Below are positions 9,452 through 19,639 of a stretch of 64,000 nt of DNA, one piece after another. The translations under genes and the position numbers were made by a program. The notes beneath the pieces are model-generated. The model did not search any database. It had not been told where the DNA came from and saw only the letters and a program-made list of their open reading frames with translations. Source of the stretch: Betaproteobacteria bacterium (GTDB lineage: Bacteria > Pseudomonadota > Gammaproteobacteria > Burkholderiales > SG8-39); contig JAOUIL010000003.1 in the NCBI GenBank assembly GCA_029883975.1, positions 23,164 to 87,163 of the forward strand, written 5' to 3'. How positions within the stretch are numbered: the first letter of the stretch is position 1; each line of letters opens with the position of its first letter.

Positions 9452-10047
9452 CCGAGCGGCACGTGGCGCGGCTCGGCGCGCACGCGCGCCAGCCACGCGT
9501 TCACCGCCGGGAAGGCTCCCAGGTCGAAGCCGCCGTCGGCGGCGCAATGCGTGTAGGCGTACAGCGCGATGTCGGCGATGGTGTAGCGGCCGGCGGCGAA
9601 GAACGGCTCCTTGCCCAGGTGCTGCTCCATCACGGCGAGCGCCTTGCGCCCGCGCTCCTGCAGGCGCGGCAGCTCGGCGCGGCGCGGCGAGTCGGGCGGC
9701 TGGTACCGGAGGATGGCGCGCGCCACCGCGATGCACGGCTCGTGGCTGTACTGCTCGAAGAACATCCACTGCAGCACGCGCGCGCGCTCCAGGCGCCCGG
9801 CGGGCAGGAGCGGCGTGCCCTCGGCGAGGTAGTGCAGGATCGCGCCCGACTCGGGCAGGAAGCCGCCGTCCGCGAGCTCGAGCGTCGGCACCTGGCCGTT
9901 CGGGTTGCGCGCGAGGAATTCCGCCGTGCGCGTCTCGCCCTTCGTCGTGCTCACCTCGATCCAGCGGTAGGGCAGCCGCAGCTGCTCCAGCGCGAGCTTC
10001 ACCTTGTAGCAGTTGCCCGAATCCGCCATGCCGTACACCGTGACCAT
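9448..10047 (-). CDS. Glutathione S-transferase family protein
   Basis: SGNCYKV, NPNGQVPTL, ESGAILHYLA, TIADIALYAY. Confidence 0.93.
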   Translation of the reverse strand: MVTVYGMADSGNCYKVKLALEQLRLPYRWIEVSTTKGETRTAEFLARNPNGQVPTLELADGGFLPESGAILHYLAEGTPLLPAGRLERARVLQWMFFEQYSHEPCIAVARAILRYQPPDSPRRAELPRLQERGRKALAVMEQHLGKEPFFAAGRYTIADIALYAYTHCAADGGFDLGAFPAVNAWLARVRAEPRHVPLG

Positions 10048-10056
10048 TCCTGCCTC

Positions 10057-10986
10057 CTAGCGCCAGTGCCGGCGCAGCCATTGCGCCGTGGGCGCGATGT
10101 CCACCCGCTCGGCGAACGCCACCATCTCCGCAATGCGGTCCACGCAATCGAGCGGGAAGGCCTCCCCGGGCGCGAAGGCGGGCGCGAGGCGGCGGTAGCG
10201 GCCGCCGAGCAGCTGGCGGCACTGGTAGTCGGCGATGCCGACGGTGCCGTCGAACATCACGCCGAGCAGCGCCTGCGCCCATTGCGCGTAGCCCCAGTCG
10301 TGGCGCTTGCCCTTCACGTAGAGGAGCGAGCTGCCGGTGCCGAGCGAGAACAGCGCGACGTCCTTGAGCGCCACGGCGCGCCCGATGCGCGCGTCCTGGG
10401 TCTGCGCGAGCGCGCACATCGACGGGTTGTTGGCGAACACGCCGCCGTCCACGAAGCCGTCCACGGTGGGGAAGAAGGTCGGCGCGGCGCAGGTGTACAG
10501 GCCGACTTTCCAGGCGGGCATCGCGCCGTCGCTGTCGCGGCCCGGGAAGTTGTGGAACAGCTTGGGCTTCCAGCGCCGCTTCTCCGGCCGCGGATGCTCG
10601 TTGTCCAGGTCGAAAGCGGTGATCAGCACGCGCTTGCGCAGGTCGCGCAGGCGCGCCTCGCCCAGCATGCGCTGCAGGTGGCGCTTCAGGCCGTCGCTGT
10701 GGTATTGCGCGCCGATGAGCGTGCCCATGTCCTTGACGTTGTCGAGCCAGGAGTCGTCGAAGATGTCGCGCGAGGTGTCGTGATAGAGCGAGAGGATCTG
10801 CTCCAGGCCCACGCCCCGGGCGAGCAGCAGCGCGATCAGCGCGCCGGTCGAGGTGCCGGCGAGCAGGTCGGCGCGCTCCAGCCACCCTTCGAGCCCACGC
10901 TCGCGGCTCAGGCGGATGAGCAGCATCGCGCTGATCAGGCCGCGGATGCCGCCGCCGTCGAGCGAGAGGATGCGGAAGCGGGCCAT
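10057..10986 (-). CDS. Patatin-like phospholipase
   Basis: DGGGIRG oxyanion loop, GTSTG nucleophile motif, AAPTFF, DGGVFANNP. Confidence 0.92.
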   Translation of the reverse strand: MARFRILSLDGGGIRGLISAMLLIRLSRERGLEGWLERADLLAGTSTGALIALLLARGVGLEQILSLYHDTSRDIFDDSWLDNVKDMGTLIGAQYHSDGLKRHLQRMLGEARLRDLRKRVLITAFDLDNEHPRPEKRRWKPKLFHNFPGRDSDGAMPAWKVGLYTCAAPTFFPTVDGFVDGGVFANNPSMCALAQTQDARIGRAVALKDVALFSLGTGSSLLYVKGKRHDWGYAQWAQALLGVMFDGTVGIADYQCRQLLGGRYRRLAPAFAPGEAFPLDCVDRIAEMVAFAERVDIAPTAQWLRRHWR

Positions 10987-10987
10987 G

Positions 10988-11458
10988 CTAGCGCACGAGC
11001 GTCACGAGGAGCTCGGCATCATACGGCAGCGTGAACGCCGCCGGCAGCGGGTGTCCCTGCGGCAGATCCAGCTCGGCGGCCGGCTTCAAGCGCACGTCGC
11101 GCACGAGCAGGCTGGCGATGCGCCATTCGGGGTCGAACAGCGCGGTGAACTCCGGCATGCCGAGCAGCGCGCGCGTCACGTAGCCTTCCGGCGCGTCGCG
11201 CTCCTCGGGCCAGTGGCGCGACGCCGACGCCTGGCGCGCGAGCAGCGCGGAGAGCCACGGGTAGTGCGCCACGCGGCCGAAGCGCAGGCGCAAGTCGGCG
11301 CGCCGGCCGGCCTGGCGCTGCGCCGTGCGCACCGCGTCCTGCGTGGCGGCATGAGCGGGCGGGCAGGTCGCGACGAGCGCCGCGTCGCCGACGTTGCGCC
11401 ACTCGACGCCGAGCGCGCACGGCGCAGCGGCGAGCGCGAGCGCGGCGAGCGCGTTCAC
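10988..11458 (-). CDS. Hypothetical protein, possibly secreted
   Basis: GTG at 11458 overlaps the upstream stop (GTGA); hydrophobic N-terminus; fills the operon gap. Confidence 0.55.
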   Translation of the reverse strand: MNALAALALAAAPCALGVEWRNVGDAALVATCPPAHAATQDAVRTAQRQAGRRADLRLRFGRVAHYPWLSALLARQASASRHWPEERDAPEGYVTRALLGMPEFTALFDPEWRIASLLVRDVRLKPAAELDLPQGHPLPAAFTLPYDAELLVTLVR

Positions 11459-11916
11459 GCGCGCGACGCCGCGGCCAGCTCGGCCGCGGACAGGTTGTGG
11501 ATGCGCCCGTAGCCGGCGACGAAGCGCGCGTCGCGCGGCGCGATGCGCCAGAAGGCGAAGTCGGCGAGCTCGAAGTTGACCGCCTGCGCGGGAAAGCGCG
11601 CCAGCCACGCGCGCTTGAGCGCCGCATCCTCCCCCAGTTGCGCGGCTTCGCCGCGGATGCTGACGCGCGCGAGCGTGAACGGATCCTCGCGCCCGTCGTC
11701 GGTCTCGGCGATCGACAGCGCGACGCGCGGGTCGGCGGCCATGTCCTGCGTGTGCCAGGCGAGGCGGCTGACGTGCACGTGGAAGGCGTCGAAGCCGGGC
11801 GCGGCGAGCACGAGCGTCATCGACACGAGCGGCGCGCCCTGGCGCAGCGTGCCGAGGTGCGCGAGGCGCGCGCCGCGCAGCAGCCGCGCGAGCGCGGCCG
11901 TGTCCTCGGAGTTCAT
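11455..11916 (-). CDS. Pyridoxamine 5'-phosphate oxidase-like (HugZ/CREG-type) split-barrel protein
   Basis: AHLGTL...P.VS, VSRLAWHTQD...DPRVAL, RVSIRG, DFAFWRI....RFVAGYG. Confidence 0.85.
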   Translation of the reverse strand: MNSEDTAALARLLRGARLAHLGTLRQGAPLVSMTLVLAAPGFDAFHVHVSRLAWHTQDMAADPRVALSIAETDDGREDPFTLARVSIRGEAAQLGEDAALKRAWLARFPAQAVNFELADFAFWRIAPRDARFVAGYGRIHNLSAAELAAASRA

Positions 11917-11945
11917 CGCGGCGATTGTAGTATTCTCGGCGTCCC

Positions 11946-13179
11946 GTGCGCTACGAGTTGCTCGTCGGCCTGCGCTACACCCGCGCCAAGCGCCGCAACC
12001 ACTTCATCAGCTTCATCTCGCTCATCTCCATGGCGGGCATCGCGCTCGGCGTGGCGGCGCTGATCGTCGTGCTGTCGGTGATGAACGGCTTCCAGCACGA
12101 GCTGCGCACGCGCATCCTGTCGGTGGTCTCGCACGTGCAGCTCGGCGCGCCGAGCGGCCGGCTGGAGGACTGGAAGAGCCTGGCGGACGCGGCGCGCCAG
12201 CATCCGCGCGTGCGCGAGGCGGCGCCGTTCGTCAACGCGCAGGGCATGCTGACGCACGGCCAGGGCGTGCGCGGCGCGATCGTGCGCGGCGTGCTGCCGG
12301 AGCTGGAAGACCGCGTCGCCGACATCGGCCGGCACATGCGCTCGGGCAGGCTCGAGGCGCTCGTGGCCGGCGAGTTCCGCATCGTGCTCGGCGGCGAGCT
12401 GGCGCGCGCGCTCGGCGCGTATCCCGGCGACAAGGTGGCGCTGATCGCGCCGCAGGGCAGCGTCACCCCGGCGGGCGTGATCCCGCGCCTGAAGCAGTTC
12501 ACCGTGGCCGGCACCTTCGACATCGGCATGTACGAGTACGACTCGGGCCTCGCGCTCGTGCATCTCAAGGACGCGCAGAAGCTCTACCAGATGGGCAGCG
12601 GCGTCTCGGGCGTGCGCCTCAAGCTCGACGACCTGTTCGCGGCGCGCGCGGTGGCGCGCGACCTGTCCGCGGCGCTCGCTCCCGAGGTGTACGCCTCGGA
12701 CTGGACGCGCAGCCACGCGAACTTCTTCCGCGCGGTGGAGATCGAGAAGCGCGTCATGTTCATCATCCTGACGCTGATCGTCGCCGTCGCGGCGTTCAAC
12801 ATCGTCTCCACGCTGGTCATGCTGGTGACCGACAAGCAGGCCGACATCGCCATCCTCAGGACGCTGGGCGCGGCCCCGGCGAGCATCCTGCAGATCTTCG
12901 TCGTGCAGGGCGCGATGATCGGCGTGATCGGCACGCTGCTCGGCGTGGCGGGCGGCGTGCTGCTCGGCTGGAACGTGGACACCGTGGTGCCGGCGATCGA
13001 GAACACGCTCGGCTTCAAGTTCCTGTCCAAGGACGTGTACTACATCTCCGACCTGCCCTCGGACGTGCAGCTGCGCGATGTCGCCACCATCGGCCTGGTG
13101 TCGCTCGCCATGTCGTTTGTCGCCACGCTCTACCCGAGCTGGCGCGCCGCGCGCGTCAATCCGGCGGAGGCGCTGCGCT

Positions 13180-13187
<8 letters not shown>
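11946..13187 (+). CDS. lolC: Lipoprotein-releasing ABC transporter permease LolC/E
   Basis: [39 protein letters not shown]; C-terminal PAEALRYE. Confidence 0.93.
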
Positions 13188-13863
<676 letters not shown>

Positions 13864-13868
13864 TACTC

Positions 13869-13958
13869 AAATAGGGACAGACCCCATTTTTCTCATCTGC
13901 GAATGATTCGCAGATGAGAAAAATGGAAAAATGGGAAAAATGGGGACTGTCCCTATTT
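13869..13958. repeat. Nested inverted-repeat (REP-like) element between convergent genes
   Basis: Outer arms AAATAGGGACAGACCCCATTTTT (13869-13891) and AAAAATGGGGACTGTCCCTATTT (13936-13958) with 1 mismatch; inner perfect 21-bp palindrome centred on 13905. Confidence 0.85.
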
Positions 13959-14255
13959 AATGAGCCCGGCGGCCACGGCTTCGCCGTAGAAGCGCTCGTC
14001 GGCGAGCGCGCGCTGCAGCACGAAGCCGGGGGCCGAGCGGCGCACGGCGAAGCGCAGCGCCAGGCCGCCGAGGAAGACGAGGGCCCCGAACACCAGGGAG
14101 CCGACGAGCGCGAGCGCGACCGCCGCGCCTAACACGGGCAGCAGCACGAGCGGCAGCATGAGGCGCGCCGAGACGACCCGCGCGGCGGCGGCGCGATCCA
14201 CGTGCACGCGCAGGCGTCCCTCGCGATAGGCGGCGACGAACTCGTGGTGCGTCAC
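13953..14255 (-). CDS. Small hypothetical membrane protein
   Basis: 100 aa with two TM segments; GTG overlaps the DUF2062 stop. Confidence 0.65.
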   Translation of the reverse strand: MTHHEFVAAYREGRLRVHVDRAAAARVVSARLMLPLVLLPVLGAAVALALVGSLVFGALVFLGGLALRFAVRRSAPGFVLQRALADERFYGEAVAAGLIK

Positions 14256-14803
14256 CGGCGGCGCCGCTTCTTTGCGCGCGCGCGCCAGGCGAGCATGACG
14301 TAGGCGCGCCAGCCGAACTGCACGGCGAGGTAGCCGAGCGCGGCCAGGGTGAGCCCGAGCGCGACCAGGCCGACCGCCAGCGGCGCACCGAGCGCCACGG
14401 TCCAGTCGAACAGCCTGCCCATCGAGTCGAACAAGTTGCCCCAGTCCATCTCGAAAGGCACGATGTGCGCGCGGTCTTCTCCGCCGCCGAGCAGCAGGCT
14501 GCCGTAGCCGTAGGCGAGCAGGTAGAGCGGCACGATGGTGAAAGGATTCGTATAGAGCGTCATGAGCAGCGCCACGGGCAGGTTGCGGTGCAGCGGCACC
14601 GCTAGCACGAGCGCCGTCAGCATCTGCAGCGGCCCGGGCACCAGGCCCGAGAACAGGCCGATGGCCACCGCGCCGGCCACCGAGTCGCGGTTCAGGTGCC
14701 AGAGGTTCGGGTGATGCAGCAGCGTGCCGAACATCGCCACCAGGCGGTTCCTGCGCACCTCGGTGGCGCTCGGCACGTACTTGCGGATGAACTTGCGCGG
14801 CAT
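14252..14803 (-). CDS. DUF2062 domain membrane protein
   Basis: LWHLNRDSVAGAVAIGLF, NLPVAL...YTNPFTIVPLY; typical neighbour of lolD/comEC. Confidence 0.85.
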   Translation of the reverse strand: MPRKFIRKYVPSATEVRRNRLVAMFGTLLHHPNLWHLNRDSVAGAVAIGLFSGLVPGPLQMLTALVLAVPLHRNLPVALLMTLYTNPFTIVPLYLLAYGYGSLLLGGGEDRAHIVPFEMDWGNLFDSMGRLFDWTVALGAPLAVGLVALGLTLAALGYLAVQFGWRAYVMLAWRARAKKRRRR

Positions 14804-14840
14804 GTGGTCATCCGGCGGATCGCCGGCGCGTTGATTTTAG

Positions 14841-17120
14841 ATGACCGCAACCGCCCTCGCGTTCGCCACCGGCGTGCTGCTGCTGCAGCAACAGGCCGCG
14901 CTGCCCGCCGTGGGCTGGCTTACCCTGCTGCCGGCCTGCGCCGCGCTCGCCGCCTGGCGGCGCGCGCTCGCCATCCCGGCGGCGCTGGCCGTCGGCTTCC
15001 TGTGGGCGGCGGGCGCGGCGCACCTGCGGTTGGCGGACCGCATGTCCCCGGAGCTCGAAGGCGTCGATCTCGCAATCACGGGCGTCGTGTCCGGACTGCC
15101 GGCACCTCTGGAGCGCGGCGCGCGCTTCGCCTTCGACGTCGAGCACGCGCCGGCGCGGCTGCCGCGCAGGATCCTGCTCGCCTGGTACGGCGAGGCGCCG
15201 CCGCTGCGGCCCGGCGATCGCTGGCGCCTTTCGGTCCGGCTCAAGCGCCCCCACGGTCATGCCAACCCGCATGGCTTCGATTACGAGGTTTGGCTCATGG
15301 AGCGCGGCATCGGCGCCACGGGCTACGTGCGTGACGCCCAGGGCGCGCTGCGGCTGGGCGCGCGCGACTTCCCCGGCGACCGCATCGAGCAGGCGCGCGC
15401 GGCGGTGCACGAGCGCTTCGTGCGCACGCTCGGCGAAACGCCGGCGGCCGGCATCCTGACGGCGCTCGCGGTGGGTGAGCAGCGCGCGATCGCCAACGAG
15501 GAGTGGCGGCTGTTCGCGCGCACGGGCGTCACGCACCTGATGAGCATCTCCGGGCTGCACGTGACGCTGGTCTCGGGGCTCGTGGCCTGGCTCGCGGCGG
15601 CGCTGTGGCGCCGCGTGCCGCGCCTGGCGCTCGCCGTCCCGGCGCGCAAGGCCGGCGCGGCCGCAGCCATCGTGGCAGCGCTCGGCTACACGCTGCTCGC
15701 CGGCTTCGCGGTGCCGGCGCAGCGCACCTTCTACATGGTGAGCGTCGTGGCGCTCGCGCTGTGGTCGGGGCGCATGGCCTCACCGGCGCGCACGCTCGCC
15801 CTCGCACTCGCGGTGGTGACGGCGCTCGATCCGTGGGCGGTGCTGCAGCCGGGCTTCTGGCTGTCGTTCGGCGCGGTGGCGCTCATCTTCTACGTGTCCG
15901 CGGGCTGGAGCACCGGCGAGCCGCGCTTGTGGCAATGGGCGCGCGTGCAGTGGGCGATCACCGTGGGGCTCGCGCCCGCGGCGCTGTTTCTGTTCTCGCA
16001 GGTATCGGTGGCGGGGCCGCTGGCCAACGCGCTTGCCATTCCGCTCGTCTCGGCGGTCCTCACGCCGCTCGCGCTCGCCGCCGCGGCCATCCCCGCGGAC
16101 ACGCTGCTCTACGCGGGCGAGTGGCTCGTGCATGCGCTGCTCGCCTGGCTCGAATGGTGCGCGCGCCTTCCCGGCGCGCTCTGGCAGCAGCACGTGCCGC
16201 CGCTGTGGGCGACCCTGCTCGCGCTCGCCGGCGTGGCGTGGCTGCTGCTGCCGCGCGGCTTTCCATGGCGTGCGAGCGGGCTCGCGCTGATGGGGCCGGC
16301 GCTCGTGCTGCCCGCGCCCGTGCCGGCGCCGGGCGAGGCCGCGGTCACGGTGTTCGACGTCGGGCAGGGGCTCGCGGTGCTGGTGCGCACCTCGGGCCAC
16401 GCGCTGCTGTACGACGCGGGGCCGGCGTACGGGAGCGAGGCGGACAGCGGGGAGCGCGTCGTCGCGCCGGCACTGGTCGCGCTCGGCGTGCGCCGGCTCG
16501 ACACGCTCGTGCTCACGCACGACGATACCGACCACACCGGCGGCGCGCGCTCGATCCTCGAGCAGTTCGAGACCGGCGCGCTGCGCCACGCGCTGCCGGC
16601 GGAGCACGCGCTCCTCGGGCTCGCGCCCGCGGCCGCGCGCTGCGCGCGCGGCGAAGCCTGGGAGTGGGACGGCGTGCGCTTCGAGTTCCTGCACCCTGCG
16701 CCGGGGCTGAACGCGCGCCGGCGCAATGACGAGAGCTGCGTGCTGCGCATCGCGGCGGGCGGCACCGCGATGCTGCTGGCCGGCGATATCGAGCGCGGCA
16801 CGGAGCGCGCGCTCGCGCGCGCCGGGCTGCAGCCCGCGACCGCGCTGCTCGTGCCGCATCACGGCAGCCGCAGCTCCTCCAGCGCCGAGCTGCTCGCCGC
16901 CGTGCAGCCGCGCGTCGCCGTGGCCGCCGCCGGCTATCGCAACCGCTTCGGTCACCCCGCGGCGGATGTCGAGGCGCGCTACGCGCAGGCGGGAACGCGG
17001 CTGCTGCGCACCGATCGCGATGGTGCGGTGTACCTGCAGCTCGCGCCCGGCGCGCTGCAGGTGGAGTCCGAGCGCGCGCGCCGCCCGCGCTACTGGCACG
17101 CGTGCGCACCGCCGGCGTAA
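14841..17120 (+). CDS. comEC: DNA internalization competence protein ComEC/Rec2
   Basis: NPHGFDYE, TGVTHLMSISGLHV, DVGQGLA, THDDTDHTGG, PHHGS, GYRNRFGHP. Confidence 0.95.
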   Translation: MTATALAFATGVLLLQQQAALPAVGWLTLLPACAALAAWRRALAIPAALAVGFLWAAGAAHLRLADRMSPELEGVDLAITGVVSGLPAPLERGARFAFDVEHAPARLPRRILLAWYGEAPPLRPGDRWRLSVRLKRPHGHANPHGFDYEVWLMERGIGATGYVRDAQGALRLGARDFPGDRIEQARAAVHERFVRTLGETPAAGILTALAVGEQRAIANEEWRLFARTGVTHLMSISGLHVTLVSGLVAWLAAALWRRVPRLALAVPARKAGAAAAIVAALGYTLLAGFAVPAQRTFYMVSVVALALWSGRMASPARTLALALAVVTALDPWAVLQPGFWLSFGAVALIFYVSAGWSTGEPRLWQWARVQWAITVGLAPAALFLFSQVSVAGPLANALAIPLVSAVLTPLALAAAAIPADTLLYAGEWLVHALLAWLEWCARLPGALWQQHVPPLWATLLALAGVAWLLLPRGFPWRASGLALMGPALVLPAPVPAPGEAAVTVFDVGQGLAVLVRTSGHALLYDAGPAYGSEADSGERVVAPALVALGVRRLDTLVLTHDDTDHTGGARSILEQFETGALRHALPAEHALLGLAPAAARCARGEAWEWDGVRFEFLHPAPGLNARRRNDESCVLRIAAGGTAMLLAGDIERGTERALARAGLQPATALLVPHHGSRSSSSAELLAAVQPRVAVAAAGYRNRFGHPAADVEARYAQAGTRLLRTDRDGAVYLQLAPGALQVESERARRPRYWHACAPPA

Positions 17121-17165
17121 ACTGGCCGCGCGGGATCTCCCCGCACACTCTTGGAGGAGGCGCTC

Positions 17166-17384
17166 ATGGCGAAAGGCGACAACGCGGTCTACCGGGTCAC
17201 CGAGGTGATCGGCACCAGCACCAGCTCGTGGGAAGAGGCGGCCAAGAACGCGGTGAAGACCGCCGCGGGGTCGCTGCGCGACCTGCGCATCGCGGAAGTC
17301 ACCAAGCTCGACGTGAAGATCGAGGACGGCAAGGTGACCCAGTTCCGCACGCGCCTCGCGCTGTCCTTCAAGTACAGCGGCTGA
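17166..17384 (+). CDS. Dodecin (flavin-binding) family protein
   Basis: VYRVTEVIGTS..SWEEAAKNAV..A..SLRDLR.AEV...LSFK; strong GGAGG RBS. Confidence 0.88.
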   Translation: MAKGDNAVYRVTEVIGTSTSSWEEAAKNAVKTAAGSLRDLRIAEVTKLDVKIEDGKVTQFRTRLALSFKYSG

Positions 17385-17695
17385 TGGCGTTCACGGCGAT
17401 CGTGCGCGTCACCGGCGCGGCGGGGCGCTTCGAGGATTTCCGCGAGCGCGTGCGCTGGCTCATGGTGCGCGACATCGACGCCGAGCCCTACACCGAGCAC
17501 CACCGCCCCGGCGAGCTCGAGTACCGCTTCGAGCTCGCGCGGGGCATTCCGTTCCCCGCGTTCGTCGAGGCGACGCGCGACTTCGAGGAGCTGCGCGTCG
17601 AGGTCGAGTGGGAGCACGACGGCGCGCGCGGCGGCGCAGCCATCGAGGCTGGCCGCCTGGTGGACAAGTGGACCGGGGAACGGGAGCCGCGTTGA
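17384..17695 (+). CDS. Hypothetical protein
   Basis: ATG overlaps the dodecin stop; host-like codon usage; GIPFPAFVEAT..F.ELRVEVEW. Confidence 0.7.
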   Translation: MAFTAIVRVTGAAGRFEDFRERVRWLMVRDIDAEPYTEHHRPGELEYRFELARGIPFPAFVEATRDFEELRVEVEWEHDGARGGAAIEAGRLVDKWTGEREPR

Positions 17696-18549
17696 GCGCC
17701 GTCGCGCGACCGCGGCGCGTGCAGTGCGCCTCTCCGGCGGGGCTGCACCGCATGGCGTACCTGGAGTGGGGCGACCCGACCAATCCCGAGGTGCTCATCT
17801 GCGCGCACGGCCTGACGCGCTGCGCGCGCGACTTCGACAACCTCGCGCGCGCGCTTTGCACCCGTTACCGCGTCGTGTGCCCGGACATGGTGGGGCGCGG
17901 CGATTCGGGGTGGCTCGCCGATCCCGTGTTCTACGCCGTGCCGCAGTACGTGGCGGACATGGTGACGCTGATCGCGCGCCTGGACGTCGAGCGCGTGCAC
18001 TGGGTCGGCACATCGCTCGGCGGCCTGGTCGGCATGGCGCTCGCCGCGCAGAAGGACTCACCCGTGACGAAGCTGGCGCTGAACGAGGCGGGCGCGGTGG
18101 TGGCGCACGCCTCGCTCGAGCGCATCGGCCAGTACCTCGGCACCGACCCGAGATTTCCGAGCATCAAGGCGGCCGAGAAGGTGGTGCGCGCCGTGTCGGC
18201 GCCGTTCGGGCCACATACGGACGCCGAGTGGCGCTTCCTGACCGAAGTGGTGCTGAGGAAGAACCCGGACGGCACCTGGCGTTTCCACTACGACCCGCGC
18301 ATCGCCGTGGCCTATCGCGGGCAGATCCCCGAGGGCGACATCGTGCTGTGGGACACCTACGATGCCATTCGCTGCCCGACGCTGCTCATCCGCGGCGCGC
18401 AGTCGGACTTGCTGTCGCGGGAAACCGCCGAGGAGATGACGCGCCGCGGGCCGCAGGCGAAGCTCGTCGAGCTGCCCGGCATCGGGCACGCGCCGACCCT
18501 GTTGCACGACGACCAGATTGCGATCGTGCGGGAGTTTCTATTCTCGTAG
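17692..18549 (+). CDS. Alpha/beta fold hydrolase
   Basis: HGLTRCARDFD, GRGDS, GTSLGG nucleophile elbow, GHAP catalytic His. TTG start overlaps the upstream stop. Confidence 0.92.
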   Translation: MSAVARPRRVQCASPAGLHRMAYLEWGDPTNPEVLICAHGLTRCARDFDNLARALCTRYRVVCPDMVGRGDSGWLADPVFYAVPQYVADMVTLIARLDVERVHWVGTSLGGLVGMALAAQKDSPVTKLALNEAGAVVAHASLERIGQYLGTDPRFPSIKAAEKVVRAVSAPFGPHTDAEWRFLTEVVLRKNPDGTWRFHYDPRIAVAYRGQIPEGDIVLWDTYDAIRCPTLLIRGAQSDLLSRETAEEMTRRGPQAKLVELPGIGHAPTLLHDDQIAIVREFLFS

Positions 18550-18635
18550 GTATTTCAGCGGTGGTTGCCAGCGGCAACTTGCGGCTCGCGTCGAATTGAC
18601 CGCTATCGAACCTAACCGGGCATTCGCGGTGTAGA
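18478..18635 (+). repeat. Direct repeat copy 1 (hydrolase 3' end plus downstream promoter-like segment)
   Basis: 18478-18550 vs 19640-19712 match at 65/73 positions with a 29-bp identical core. Homology continues past the stop codon, including ATTGACCGCT at 18595-18604. Confidence 0.9.
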
Positions 18636-18824
18636 TTTGCGACCGATTTGGTGTGCGGATTGCCAAAGCTGCCAACTGCGGCTTTTCTCGGAGTTGTTGT
18701 TTGCACCCAAGGATCGAAAATGACCTTGGTTGAAATTGTCGGATAGGGCGCAACGGTCCAGTAGAGTCGCTCGAGAGGAGTTGCATTTCATAGCGCCAAG
18801 GTGGTCCAGGCGGGAGGTGATGCA

Positions 18825-19598
18825 ATGGCGGGGATCTTCATAAGCTACCGTCGCGACGACAGCGACGTTGCCGCCGGCCGGCTCGCTGATGACCTATCGG
18901 AAATCCTCGGACCTCACTCGATCTTCCGGGACGTCGACAAACTGGAGCCAGGTGAGGACTTCGAGATAGCGCTGGACCATGCCCTCAGTTCCTGTGTGGT
19001 CCTTATTGCTGTGATTGGCGCGCGCTGGTCGAGCATTACCGATGGTGGGGGGCGTCGACGCCTGGAGGATCCCAAGGATTGGGTGCGCGCAGAGATCAGC
19101 CGAGCCTTGGCGCGCGGCATTCGTGTGATACCCGTTCTGATTTCGGGAACAACTATGCCGCGCGAAGAGGAGGTTCCTGTTGATCTGAAAGCACTTCTCA
19201 AGCGTCAGGCGCTTGAGTTGGGTGATCGACACTGGAAACAGGACATTGAGCTTCTGACACAGGCCTTGGAGAAGATCCCAGGAATCACGAAGCGGGGTCC
19301 ACCACTGAGCGCAATGGCCACAGCAATGGGCAGAGTCACCCTGGTTGGGTCAAGGCAATGGTTCGCAATCAGTCCACAGATAATAGTCTCCATTGACAAT
19401 ATGGAAGTGGCTCGAATGAAGCTGAGCGATCAAGTGACCGTGGAAATCAAACCGGGCGCTCACACGATCTATGGAAAGATGCCCCTCAGCTCCTCAAAGA
19501 CCACCACTTTCGATTTGGAGCCGGGCCAAACCCAGACCTTCTCGGTGAGCATCAATCGCCTAACTGGAGGCCTGAGGATCGAACTTCTAGCGGAGTGA
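18825..19598 (+). CDS. TIR domain (TIR_2-type) protein with a C-terminal beta-rich domain
   Basis: IFISYRRDDS, IFRDVD.L.PGEDF, WVRAEI (catalytic Glu position), VIPVL. GGAGG RBS; visibly AT-richer codons than neighbouring genes. Confidence 0.9.
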   Translation: MAGIFISYRRDDSDVAAGRLADDLSEILGPHSIFRDVDKLEPGEDFEIALDHALSSCVVLIAVIGARWSSITDGGGRRRLEDPKDWVRAEISRALARGIRVIPVLISGTTMPREEEVPVDLKALLKRQALELGDRHWKQDIELLTQALEKIPGITKRGPPLSAMATAMGRVTLVGSRQWFAISPQIIVSIDNMEVARMKLSDQVTVEIKPGAHTIYGKMPLSSSKTTTFDLEPGQTQTFSVSINRLTGGLRIELLAE

Positions 19599-19639
19599 AT
19601 CCGCGACGCGAGGAATACACCAAGCAGGTGACACTGGCG

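Noticed and set aside
13869-13958. CRISPR array or the coding ORF 13914..14132
   Set aside because: No repeat-spacer periodicity; the MEKWEKWG peptide is just the translated repeat.
18610-18740. Integron attC site (ACCTAAC matches RYYYAAC)
   Set aside because: No complementary GTTRRRY end or long attC hairpin at a suitable distance, and no integron integrase.
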